A stretch of 63,300 nt of DNA, filler included, from Ministeria vibrans ATCC 50519 (Eukaryota > Protista > Filasterea), in NCBI GenBank assembly GCA_943704425.1. It is 9 parts of 9 records of this genome, joined end to end, with 100 filler letters (N's around TTAATTAATTAA, not from the genome) between each part and the next. Parts side by side here need not be neighbours in the genome. Positions count along the whole stretch, not along the records: positions 24,516 to 45,426 come from CALSCP010001865.1; positions 45,527 to 47,767 come from CALSCP010002621.1; 7 more parts are not named here. One strand, given 5' to 3'. The position numbers and the translations under genes are program-made. Shown piece by piece: positions 33,675 through 45,532 of the stretch. The notes beneath the pieces are model-generated. The model did not search any database. It saw only the letters and a list, made by a program, of their open reading frames with translations, and was not told the origin of the DNA. Every line of letters starts with the position of its first letter. Position 1 is the first letter of the stretch.

Positions 33675-35288
33675 CGCGGCTTTGCAAAACAAACAAAACT
33701 GTGTGCGTGTGAAACTTATATTAATAACTCATTATTATTAAGAAGAAGAAGAATACAACCCATTTAGTAATGGTTCAGTCACCAGGATCAACAACAAAAG
33801 CACGAGTGCAATCGGCCAAACGCTATTCAGTGAGACAGTGACTACTCTGACTAGTGAGGTAATCGCAATTCTTAATAAGAAGAAAAAGAATACAACCCAT
33901 TTAGAAAAGATGCAGTCTCCAAGCGAAGGCACAGCCAGACCGCCTTGCAAACTCAACCGAAACTCCTACTTAGCCTGACAGGTACCTTTCCATCCGAGGC
34001 AAGTCAGAGACCCAGAGTGCTGTATCGTCGCTATCCCAGGTGAGGCAATTGCAATGGTACGCCATACCCCCAGTGGTGTACATCTCTCCCAGCCACAGGG
34101 GACGAAATGCTTCCTACTGCGTGTCATTTTGGTCGCACGTAGTGCCTCGGCATGGTTCTAAATGTTCTTGCCTACCAGTGAGTCGGATTGCTGTCTGTAC
34201 ACCGCTGGGTGAGCAGGAAGTGTTCCTGGCTGGGCTCTCCGTGTGACAGCCGTCGCGGGGCCATCATACCTCGCGACTCGGCGGATGTAGGTGGTACCCG
34301 TGATAAGTGCGTTTGCAGCGCAGCAGCAGCAGCATCACTTGCCCTGATCTCTTGGCATCTTGCACATGTACTTGGACGTGCTCAGCGGGTCGAACTTCGG
34401 TCGAACATTCTATCCTAGTGCTCGTGGGTCCCGAGAGGCTGCGCGTCCCCTACCTAGCTAGAGACGCGCGCACCACTCCTACGTTGACAGACCCTCCGCT
34501 GATAGAGAATCGAGAGCTGTACTCAATGTATAATTATTTAATCTTAACAGAACACAAAGCGTATTTAATTCTACAGCATAGGCATAGAAAATGGAATGAT
34601 AAATGTCCTCGTTTGACTGAAAAACCAAAGGAAAATTAATAATAATAATTATTCACTTTTTTTTATTCGACGACTGTTTCCCAAGAGTAAGATAATTATA
34701 CGCTCAGCCTTGCTGAGAACATAAAACTGTCAACTGGTCATTTATCGGTGCACGCCGATGAGAAGGAGAAAGAGAAAAAGATCGCGTTTGTGTTTACCGC
34801 TTTGCTTTTAAATTCCGCTAAAATACCTAAGAAAAATTGCTCTGCAAACAAAACTGGGCGGTGCTTTTGCCTTTTTCCTCTCTCATACTGACAATATATA
34901 TGTATACGTTGCACCAGCGGGGGTGAACAAGCCTTGATAAGGTTAAAAATTCCATTTCGCTTAAAATCGGGGTTAAAATTTTTTCTTAAAAATTCGTTAA
35001 AAAGTTTTCGTCACAAGCCCGAGAGTGCCCTGTGCCCGCACTTGCTCCTCCACAACAGACCACACATGCGTCCTGTATGGTTTGCACAACGACGAAGAAA
35101 ACAGCGCTGTTAGAGGCTTTCTTCTATGCCTCAACTTTCCCTCCAGTCGTGGATGTTTTTTTGTGTTTTTGCTCTGGGACGAACTTTGGTCGAACATCAT
35201 TTTTGCTTTTAAATTTTGAAAGAGAGCGGCGTATCCATGACGAACGTCAACTGTGACAATATTATAATTATTAAGATCATTCTTGTAG

Positions 35289-35627
35289 ATGATAGGCGTA
35301 CAGCGGCCCTCATTCGGCAGACTCTTGCAGTTTGGGGCGATGCTCTGCTTCCTCTGCATCGTTGCGGCAAATCTCGAGGAACGCTCGCCAGACATACCAA
35401 ATGACGAGTCAGAACAACTGCTCGATACCTCCTACCTGACACGCGCCCAATCACAAACACAACCGAATGTTGCGTCACAATTGGAAACCTCTGAAAAGCG
35501 TGGCGGCGACTCGGCTCTCCAAAACGAAACTATTTACAAAAATGCTTTGAAGCTGATGGCGTCTCTTGATGATGCACCCAAAGAAGGCGCCTACTCGGAG
35601 ATTGTCAAGCGATGGGGCCGTCGTCGT

Positions 35628-35670
<43 letters not shown>

Positions 35671-35830
35671 GTCGCCGTCGCAACGTCATCTGCCCTGCTG
35701 GACAGGTATAAGATAATTGAAATAATAACGTCTTCATAATAATATATTTTATTATTATTAATTATTATTTTATTATTATAATAATAATCATTATTTTTAT
35801 TATTATTATTATTAATATTATTTATTTATT

Positions 35831-35908
<78 letters not shown>

Positions 35909-35919
35909 ATTAATATTAA

Positions 35920-36005
<86 letters not shown>

Positions 36006-36241
36006 ATGAGTTCTTCTTCTTATTATTATTGTTATTATTATTATTATTATTATTCAGTGGCGCGCCGGTACGGCTCCAGGTAGCTGCATTTTGTGTGTTG
36101 CTGGTCGTTACCAGCCCCACATCAACCAAGCAGACTTGAATGTATGTCTTGCTTGCCCCAGCGGTCAATATCAGTCTGACTCTGGTCAATCGAGCTGCCG
36201 CGGATGTTCCTCAGGTTAGAAAAATAATGATAATAATAATG

Positions 36242-36279
<38 letters not shown>

Positions 36280-39200
36280 TATAATAATAATAATAATAAT
36301 AATTATAATAATAATAATAATAAAAATAATAATAATAATAGTAATAGTAATAATAACAATAATAACAATAGTAACAAATATTTTAGTAACAATAATAACA
36401 ATAATAATAATTTTTCGTTTGAATGTTACAGGATACTACCAGCCGTTGACGGGCCAGGCTTTGTGCCATAACTGCTCAGTTGGCTACTACTCGGGCACCA
36501 ATGCCGCGGCATGCATTCCCGACGCGTGCCAGTCCAGTCCTTGTCACAATGACGCAAGTTGTCATCTCATCAATGCTACCAGCTATCATCACTATCGCTG
36601 TGAGTGCGTGCCCGGCTATACCGGCGCTCATTGCGAGACGGACATCGATGAGTGCACCTCTTCGCCTTGCCAGAGAGGCAGCACGTGCATTGACCAGATC
36701 AACAACTTTTTGTGTGGGTGCCACGCTGGCGACAAGGGCATCTACTGCGAATTAGACGTGGACGAGTGTACCTCGTCCCCGTGCGCAAACGGTGCGACTT
36801 GTATACACGGACGGAACGTCTTTGCGTGTGTGTGCGCGACGGGCTTTGAAGGCATCATGTGCCGCACCAACATTGATGAGTGTGCCTCGAACCCATGTAC
36901 AAATGGAGCGACATGCGTTGACCAAGCCAACGGCTTCACCTGCACCTGTGCCTCGGGCTACTTTGGCGTTAACTGTGAAGCAGACGTGGACGAGTGTGCA
37001 TCACGTCCCTGCCAAAACGGCGCGACTTGCCGCGACATTATTGATGGGTTCGCTTGCGTTTGCCACAGCGCCTACACGGGCACTGTGTGCGATGTAGAGA
37101 TTGACGAATGTGACTCGTCGCCGTGCCAATATGGCGGGACGTGCACCGACCATCTTGACTCGTTCACGTGTGTGTGCTTTCTTGGCGTTGTGGGTCTTAT
37201 GTGTGAGACCAACATCGACGAGTGCGCCTCGTCGCCCTGCCGCAACGCTGCGACATGTATCGACGGCTTTAACGAGTACCGTTGCGAGTGTCTCAGCGGC
37301 ACCGCGGGCATCTGGTGTGAGTATGATTTGGATGTGTGCGTGTCGAGTCCGTGTGTCAACGGTGGCACCTGCGTCGACTCCCAGCAGGGGTTCGCCTGCA
37401 TGTGTCCACCTGGATATGCTGGGGCACAGTGCGAAACTGACGTTGGCAAGTGCGTGTCGTCGCCGTGTCAGAATGGTGCCACATGTATCGATTCTGAAGG
37501 CGCCTTTGCTTGCAGCTGTGTCCCTGGCTACATGGGCATCCAGTGTGAGTCTGACATTGACGAATGCCTGTCTAGCCCATGTGCAAACGGTGCAACTTGC
37601 CTCAACGATGTGAACGGATTCACTTGCATCTGTGCGTCGGGTTACTTTGGCAGCTGGTGCGAGGCAGACGTGAGCGAATGTGCCTCGAGCCCGTGCCAAC
37701 ACAATGCAACCTGCACGGACAACATCAACGGATTTGCTTGCACATGCGACAGTGCCTACACTGGCACTGTGTGTAACGTGGAGGTCAACGAGTGCGACTC
37801 GTCGCCGTGCAAATCGAACAGCACCTGCATCGATTTTTTCAACGGGTTTACCTGCGTTTGCATTTCCGGCTTTGTAGGCCTGTTGTGTGAGACCAATACC
37901 GACGAATGTGCCTCGTCGCCATGTCGCAATGCCGGAAGTTGTGTTGATGGTATTAACGAGTTCACGTGCGAGTGTCTGAGCGGTACGGTGGGGGAGCTGT
38001 GTCAGTATGACTTGGACGTGTGTGCGTCGCGGCCATGCGTCAACGGCGGCACCTGCGTCGATTCCCATCAAGGGTTCGATTGTACGTGTCCACATGGATT
38101 TGCTGGAACACAATGCGAAACGGATGTTGGCAAGTGCGTTTCGTCGCCGTGTCAGAATGGCGCCGCATGCAACGATTCTACTGGCATCTTTTTGTGCGAC
38201 TGTGTGGCCGGCTACACGGGTATCGTGTGTGAGCTGAATGTTGATGAGTGTGCGTCGAGCCCGTGTACAAACGGCGCAATGTGTTTCGATGGCATTGATA
38301 GTTTCACCTGCACTTGCACCTCGGGTTACTTTGGCGTCACGTGCGAGACCAACAAGAATGAGTGTGCCTCGAGTCCGTGCCAGAACAGCGCCACTTGCAC
38401 CGACGTTGTTGATGGGTTTGCTTGCACTTGCATCAACGCCTATACGGGCTCTGTGTGCGATGTGGAAATCAATGAGTGCGATTCGTCGCCTTGCCAGAAC
38501 AATGGGATGTGCACGGACAATTTTGATGGATTTGTGTGTGCGTGCATTCCGGGCTTTGTGGGCGTGATGTGCGCGGAAAATGTCGACGAATGCGCCTCCG
38601 CGCCATGTCGCCATGCAGGAACATGTGTCGACGGTATCAACGAGTACACGTGTGAATGTCTGGGTGGCACGGCAGGCGACGAGTGTGAATACGACCTGGA
38701 TGTATGTTCATCGTGGCCATGTGCCAACGGTGGCACGTGCAGTGACTCCCATCACGGCTTTAATTGCACCTGCCTGCCGGGCTACCTGGGCGAGTCGTGC
38801 GAAACCGACAACGACGAGTGCGCTTCGTCACCGTGTCGCAACGGTGCCACATGCAATGACAACCCGGGTGCATTTGTGTGCGACTGTGTCCCCGGCTACA
38901 CAGGCATCCAATGTGAGGTGAATTTTGACGAGTGCGCTTCGACTCCGTGCTTGAATGGCGCCACTTGCAGCGATTACCTCGACGTGTTTGAATGTGTTTG
39001 TGCGAGTGGATACGTCGGCACCAACTGCGAGACCAACGTGGACGAGTGCGCGTCGAGCCCATGCTCAAATGCTGCCACCTGTGCCGATGGTGTGGACGGC
39101 TACGTATGTGCCTGCGCCAGTGGCTTCACTGGAAACCAGTGCACGTCGGACATGAACGAGTGTGCGTCGAGTCCTTGCTCAAATGGCGCGGCGTGTGCCG

Positions 39201-42200
39201 ACAATGTCGACGGATTCACGTGCACATGTGTGAGTGGATATACTGGAGTCAACTGCGAGTCGGATATGAACGAGTGTGCGTCGAGTCCCTGTTTGAATGG
39301 TGCCACCTGCACGAACAACGTGAACGGCTTCATGTGTTCTTGTGTGAGCGGATACATTGGCACTGTGTGCGACACGGAGACCAACGAGTGCGATTCGAGT
39401 CCGTGCCACAACAACGGCACGTGCAGCGACAATATTGGTGGATTTAATTGTACTTGCCTGCCCGGCGCAGTCGGTGCCCTGTGCGAGACGGACCTGGATG
39501 TGTGTGCGTCGAGCCCGTGCTCAAACGGAGCCACGTGCCATGACTCGCTTCTGGGCTTTTTGTGTGTGTGTGGAGGCGGATTTGTCGGCACCAACTGCGA
39601 CACCAATGTTGATGAGTGTGCGTCGTCGCCGTGCTTCAACAGCGCCACCTGCAGCGACAATGTAGATGGCTTTGTATGTATGTGTCCAAGTGGCTTCACC
39701 GGCACGCAGTGCGAGTCCGAATTGGATGAGTGCGCCTCGTTGCCCTGTTCCAACGGTGCCACCTGCGCGGACAACGCAGACGGATTTGCATGTACCTGTG
39801 CGAGCGGATATGTCGGCAACACCTGCGAGTACAATGTCGACGAGTGCTCATCAAGTCCGTGTTCCAACGGTGGCACGTGCAGCGATGGTGTAGACGGATA
39901 CGTGTGCGTCTGCGCCAGTGGCTTTACCGGCACTCTTTGTGACGCGAACATGGACGAGTGCGCATCGAGTCCTTGCTCAAATGGCGCTACTTGCACGGAC
40001 AATGTGGACGGGTTCGCGTGCATATGCGCAAATGGATACGCTGACACAAACTGTGAGACGGATGTGGACGAGTGTGCGTCGAGACCCTGTTTGAATGGCG
40101 CTACTTGCACACATAGCGTCGATACCTTCGCGTGCATTTGTGTTGTGGGATTTGTGGGAAACATCTGTGAGACAGACGTTGACGAGTGTGCGTCGTCGCC
40201 GTGTTCGAATGGCGCCACTTGCGCCGATGGTGTCAATGGATTCGCTTGCATGTGTACCGCGGGGTTCACCGGGATACATTGCGAATCGGAGGTGAACGAG
40301 TGCGACTCGAGCCCGTGCCAGTTTGGTGGCACCTGCAACAATGCTGTTGGAAGGTTTATTTGCCACTGTGCCTGCGGCTATGAAGGGCATGATTGTGCCA
40401 CAAGCACAGACGAGTGTGCGTCGAGTCCGTGCCAAAATGGCGCGTCGTGCTCCGATGACTTGTGTGGCTACCAGTGTGAATGTCGCTTTGGCTTCTCCGG
40501 GATGCACTGTGAGAGTCTGTTGGACTTGTGCATGTCATCACCGTGTAAGTTTGGTAGCTGTGAGCAGATGGGTAATGAAGTTGTCTGTCACTGTCTTGCC
40601 CTCTATACGGGTGTTGTGTGTGACTACCGCATGAACAAATGCAACCCGAACCCATGTCAAAGCGGCGGCTCTTGCGTGGAAAACCCCCCCGCCAACAGCA
40701 CGGAGGTGTCAGAGGTCGCGTGCGTGTGTCCAGTGGAATACACAGGTGCTCGATGTGAATTGGATGTGAACGAGTGTGAGTCAAGCCCGTGCCAAAATGG
40801 CGGGCACTGCTACAACACAATTGGCAGTTTTGGCTGTGCATGCCTCCCTGGTTACATAGGAGGGGTGTGCGAAGCCATTCATGCGGCATGCGACTCGAGT
40901 CCGTGCAAGAATGCCGGAACTTGTCGGCGCGTTTCTGTTCCTGTGGGTTCATTCACTTGTGACTGTCCCACTGGCTGGTCGGGAACGCAATGTGAGTTTT
41001 TTAGTGGCTGCTCAGTCTCACCCTGTGGGTTTGGCGGCACGTGCGAGGACCTTGATAACTCCGGCAAGTATTTATGCCACTGCTTCCGCGGTTGGTCCGG
41101 CCTGACATGTGATCGGTGTGAGTCGTCACCCTGTCAGAATGGCGCTACGTGCGACTCGCAGTCAGGCGATTGCACTTGCACAGCGGCGTGGGTTGGCGTA
41201 CTTTGCGAGGCACCAAGTCCCTGTCTGGGCAATCCCTGCTACAACGGCCAGTGCAAGACCCAGTTTCCCTCGCGTTTCACCAACATTGATGATTTCTACT
41301 GTGAATGCCCGTTTCCTCGTCGAACTTTCTGTGGCCGCCTTTGTGCCTCGTGTACGCGAGTCAATGTGACAGGATTGTCCAGCTTTCAGACATTCCGCAT
41401 TGGGGGACAAAACTCGCCCAGTGGCCTCGCTGAAAACATCACTATTCTGACACATACACCGCTGGAGTTGCAATATGGTCCCGAGCCTGACTCGGTCTTC
41501 CTTCCGAGCAATAATGTTGGTCCACCGGCGTCACCGCGCCTAAGCGCCTACTTTTCCATCAACACCACTACAAGCGCAAGGTTTGGCATTCCCATTCCTG
41601 CCGCCGGCACAAATCTGTATGCAACGCGTGGTTATAGCCGTTGGTTGCTCCAGATACCAGTGTTTTCAGGTCGACGTGACGCCCAGGCGCAGGCATTTTA
41701 CGATTTTCAACAAGGAGTTGCTTTTTTTGCCGTCTTTGAGCAGACGGGCTGCTCGGATTACCCGTGTCAGAATGGCGCCGAGTGCTCGACGTCTGGCACC
41801 ACAGACTTCAACTGTGCGTGTGGTGTTGGCTACTCTGGCGTTACCTGCGAAATGCAGTCTGCTGCGGGTGTACGTGACATGAGTGCTGGGGCCATCGGTG
41901 CAATTGTCTTTGGCCTTGCCATTTTCAATGTTGCACTGCTCCTCTTTGTCTGGTGGCGTTGTCGACAAAATAGCAATCAGGGGCTTCGCCGAATCGTGAC
42001 GACAGCGACGAAACGAGAAATTCTAGGCCATGGAACGCCGAAAACCTCGGACATTACTAAACATTGTAACGGTGACACATGCACAGATCCCTCATGCATA
42101 TGCGTCGCGACGCCTGAGGATTTCAACCCAATCTTCATGTACGATGCTACCGATGCTAATGAGTCAGAAGGTGCATCGGAGTTCACACGTCGGGTAAAAC

Positions 42201-42313
42201 AACCAAGGACATTAACTCAAGTAGACGCGACAGCTGCAGAAACGTTTCAGTCAGTCCACCTGCTTGATCGTACGGCAGTGTTTGTGGAGCCGCGAGTTGA
42301 GTCACCTATCTAG
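35289..42313 (+). CDS. Notch/fibropellin-like EGF-repeat type I membrane protein (exons 35289-35705, 36058-36214, 36432-42313)
   Basis: Signal peptide, poly-Arg tract, Cys-rich CPxGxYQ repeats, roughly 40-45 EGF/cbEGF repeats (DECASSPCxNGATC), TM helix AIGAIVFGLAIFNVALLLFVWW; both (TAA)n-filled introns keep the frame. Confidence 0.9.
35720..36410. repeat. (TTA)n/(TAA)n microsatellites filling the two introns of the EGF gene
   Basis: Visible trinucleotide tracts; similar ones at 8645-8885, 24516-24640 and 50550-50730. Confidence 0.95.
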
Positions 42314-42701
42314 AGCTGAGAGTAGCTTGCGAGTGTAGAGTGTTGGTATTGACCATTTTAAAATATAATAAAACTGATTTTCCGTACATTCTTGTCCCAT
42401 TCTTGTCATGGGGTGTCCATGCCCACTCCATGGGGTGTATTGACTATTGATTATTGAATGTGTATCAGTGGGGACTGGGGACATTGAGTTAAATGAGTTT
42501 ATATTGAGTACAACTCTCGATTCTGTATTAATAATTATTATAATTATTATTAATTTTTGATTATTCTTATTGTTAGAATTATTTCACACCCACACACACT
42601 CACATACACACGTATTGCACCGTTGTTAGGTATTTTGTGTTTGTTGTGCATTAAAACACTGATCTTTCATCTTCCGCCGTAACTGTTTGTAGTCGATTCG
42701 G

Positions 42702-42909
42702 ATGGAGAAGGAGACGAGAGAAGAGGCGCCAGCGATTGCCGATCCCAACAGCGACCGGTACCTGTCCCGATTCCTCATGGCGCCCTGCAACCGTGACGCT
42801 ATGTTGACGGGAATGGCCGTGGGCACCGGTGGCGGAGTTCTTTCGTTCGTTACCGCTGGAAGTAAGCTCAACACTCTCATCCAACATGTTGCACTTCCTT
42901 CGAGCCCAC

Positions 42910-42983
<74 letters not shown>

Positions 42984-42996
42984 CTTTGTTTCTTTC

Positions 42997-43034
<38 letters not shown>

Positions 43035-43386
43035 CTTTGTTTCTTTCGTCTCTNNNNNNNNNNNNNNNNNNNNNNNNNNNNNNNNNNNNNNNNNNNNNNN
43101 NNNNNNNNNNNNNNNNNNNNNNNNNNNNNNNNNNNNNNNNNNNNNNNNNNNNNNNNNNNNNNNNNNNNNNNNNNNNNNNNNNNNNNNNNNNNNNNNNNNN
43201 NNNNNNNNNNNNNNNNNNNNNNNNNNNNNNNNNNNNNNNNNNNNNNNNNNNNNNNNNNNNNNNNNNNNNNNNNNNNNNNNNNNNNNNNNNNNNNNNNNNN
43301 NNNNNNNNNNNNNNNNNNNNNNNNNNNNNNNNNNNNNNNNNNNNNNNNNNNNNNNNNNNNNNNNNNNNNNNNNNNNNNNNNNNNNN

Positions 43387-43450
<64 letters not shown>

Positions 43451-44128
43451 ACACTGCATGTATACATGCATACTATGTACATACGTGCCTCTTCAATGTC
43501 TGTCTTCACAAGACCAGCGTGCTTGTGCATATGCCAACACGACATCTTGTTCAGAGAGGGCGATTTCTGCTCATCATCTTCGGTGATGCGACATCACTCG
43601 CGTTGCTCCGCGTCAATGCTCCGTGTTGCAGAATGTACATCATGGCATTGTATTCGTTTGCTCACCTTCAACAGCGCCTATGATCAGAGACCAAACTTAC
43701 ATCCATTGATTGTTGTACGTGCGCACTTCTCTCAACTCCTTTTCTTTCGCTCTTCCTCAGAGTCCCAGCTACAGTACGTGCCGAAGGCCTGTACCGTTGC
43801 CATCTTCACATTTGTAGTTGCTTCGTCGATTTATAGGTACACCCTTTCTTTATTGTGTCAGTCGGTCTGCGTGTCGTCTGTCTCTCTCAATCTATTCAAC
43901 CCTTTCAGCCTCATACCCTTGAGCGCTACTCAAGTAGTGTCGAAACTCAAACAAACGCGTCCCACTGCACTCTTGAGCCCTCGTTCTCTCCTCACTGTCA
44001 CTCGTTTGTGGTGCTCCACTCACCCCGCTCTCTCTCACTCTCTCAGAGAATCCTGTCTCCTTCTGCGTCGTTCGAAGCAACGCGAAATCTCCAAAACCTT
44101 TGAGGAGGCCTCGTCAAAGCAGCGGTGA
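42702..44128 (+). CDS. COX20: Cytochrome c oxidase assembly protein COX20-like
   Basis: PCNRDAMLTGMAVGTGGG first TM, KAC..AIFTFVVAS second TM, C...R motif in the last exon. Confidence 0.75.
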
Positions 44129-45108
44129 CCCCCTCATCGCCCCGGCTTGCCACCATTCACCTTCTACTTGTATACACTATTTCTCAATGCCACCACTCAC
44201 TTCATTCTCTGCTTTTTTTTTTTTTTTTTTTTTTTTTGCAAATCTTTTTTCTTCTCCCCATACTTGACCAAAGGGATCCGCTCAAGAAACCTGATAATGA
44301 TCGTGAACTCGTGACAATTCTTTTCTTTTTGCTTCAAACGCAGTCGAGCACGCACCCTCTGTGACGGTAAGAATGCATCTTCTCCGTACCGCCTAGCGTT
44401 GAGCTTCAAACGCGACAGATCTTTGTCGGCATCCAAAACGAATCCAAAACACCTATTCTCAGGCAAAACCTGTGTTTCGAAAAGGGAATAATTCTCAAGG
44501 ACATGCGTTTATGTCACTTTATGTTGTGTGTTGTGCAACCGACGAGTGTGGCATGCGCTATGAGCTTGTCAATTTGTGCCAAATAACTTTGGGAGGAAAC
44601 ACACCGCGTCGCTCCCGCAGCGTTGATCGCTGCATAGCTTGCAATATGCAGCACGCACGTTCTCCATTTTGCTTGGAGACTGCTTAACAGAATGGAAGTG
44701 ACTCGATTACCGGGAAGAAGTGGAGCCTGGGTATAGTAAATCGTGTCGTGGATATAGTGTCAATCCTTGAATATATAAAAACAAAGCTACAGCAACCCAC
44801 GCTATCCAACGTTCTGGAGGGTGTCGTTCAAATCGCATTCCCAAAACCCCTTCACCAATTGTCATCATGTCTCGTGCGCCGCGCAACCGCGTCACTCCTG
44901 CCACTTTATGTCAATCATAGTAGTACGAAAACTCAAAGCCGAAAAAAAAACTTCAAAAAACTCTTCTTCAGACTAGCTTCAGACTAGCCTGCAAATGTAT
45001 CGAGCCAACCCCCCTCCCCTCCTGCGTTACTTTCATCAGTAACCAATGTGCCCTAGCCTGAACACACTACTATATGAAACGTCGGGAAAATGAGAAAAAC
45101 GCCCCACG

Positions 45109-45139
<31 letters not shown>

Positions 45140-45532
45140 CTGCAACACCACAGAAGCAAGGACACCAAGGGAAGCCTGTCAAACATTCCCCTGCACTTGT
45201 GCCAGTCAATATCCTGATGTTGTGTACATACTAGCAGTCTTCATTCGATGAAAGCGAGAGGGCTTGTTTATTTTTGGCGCGAGCAAACAACGGCAGATGC
45301 CAAAAGCAAACACCAAATAGTTGTTCGATGAACTCTTCGACAAGAAGACTTAACAATGCACTTTGTTTAATCGCCTCTAAAAGCCCAGTTCACTAAAACA
45401 ACAATATAGAGAAGGGGGATAGGTAANNNNNNNNNNNNNNNNNNNNNNNNNNNNNNNNNNNNNNNNNNNNTTAATTAATTAANNNNNNNNNNNNNNNNNN
45501 NNNNNNNNNNNNNNNNNNNNNNNNNNAGTTTT

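Noticed and set aside
36140-36431. Poly-Ile N-terminus of the 2057-aa ORF
   Set aside because: It is translation of an (ATA)n intron (36215-36431).
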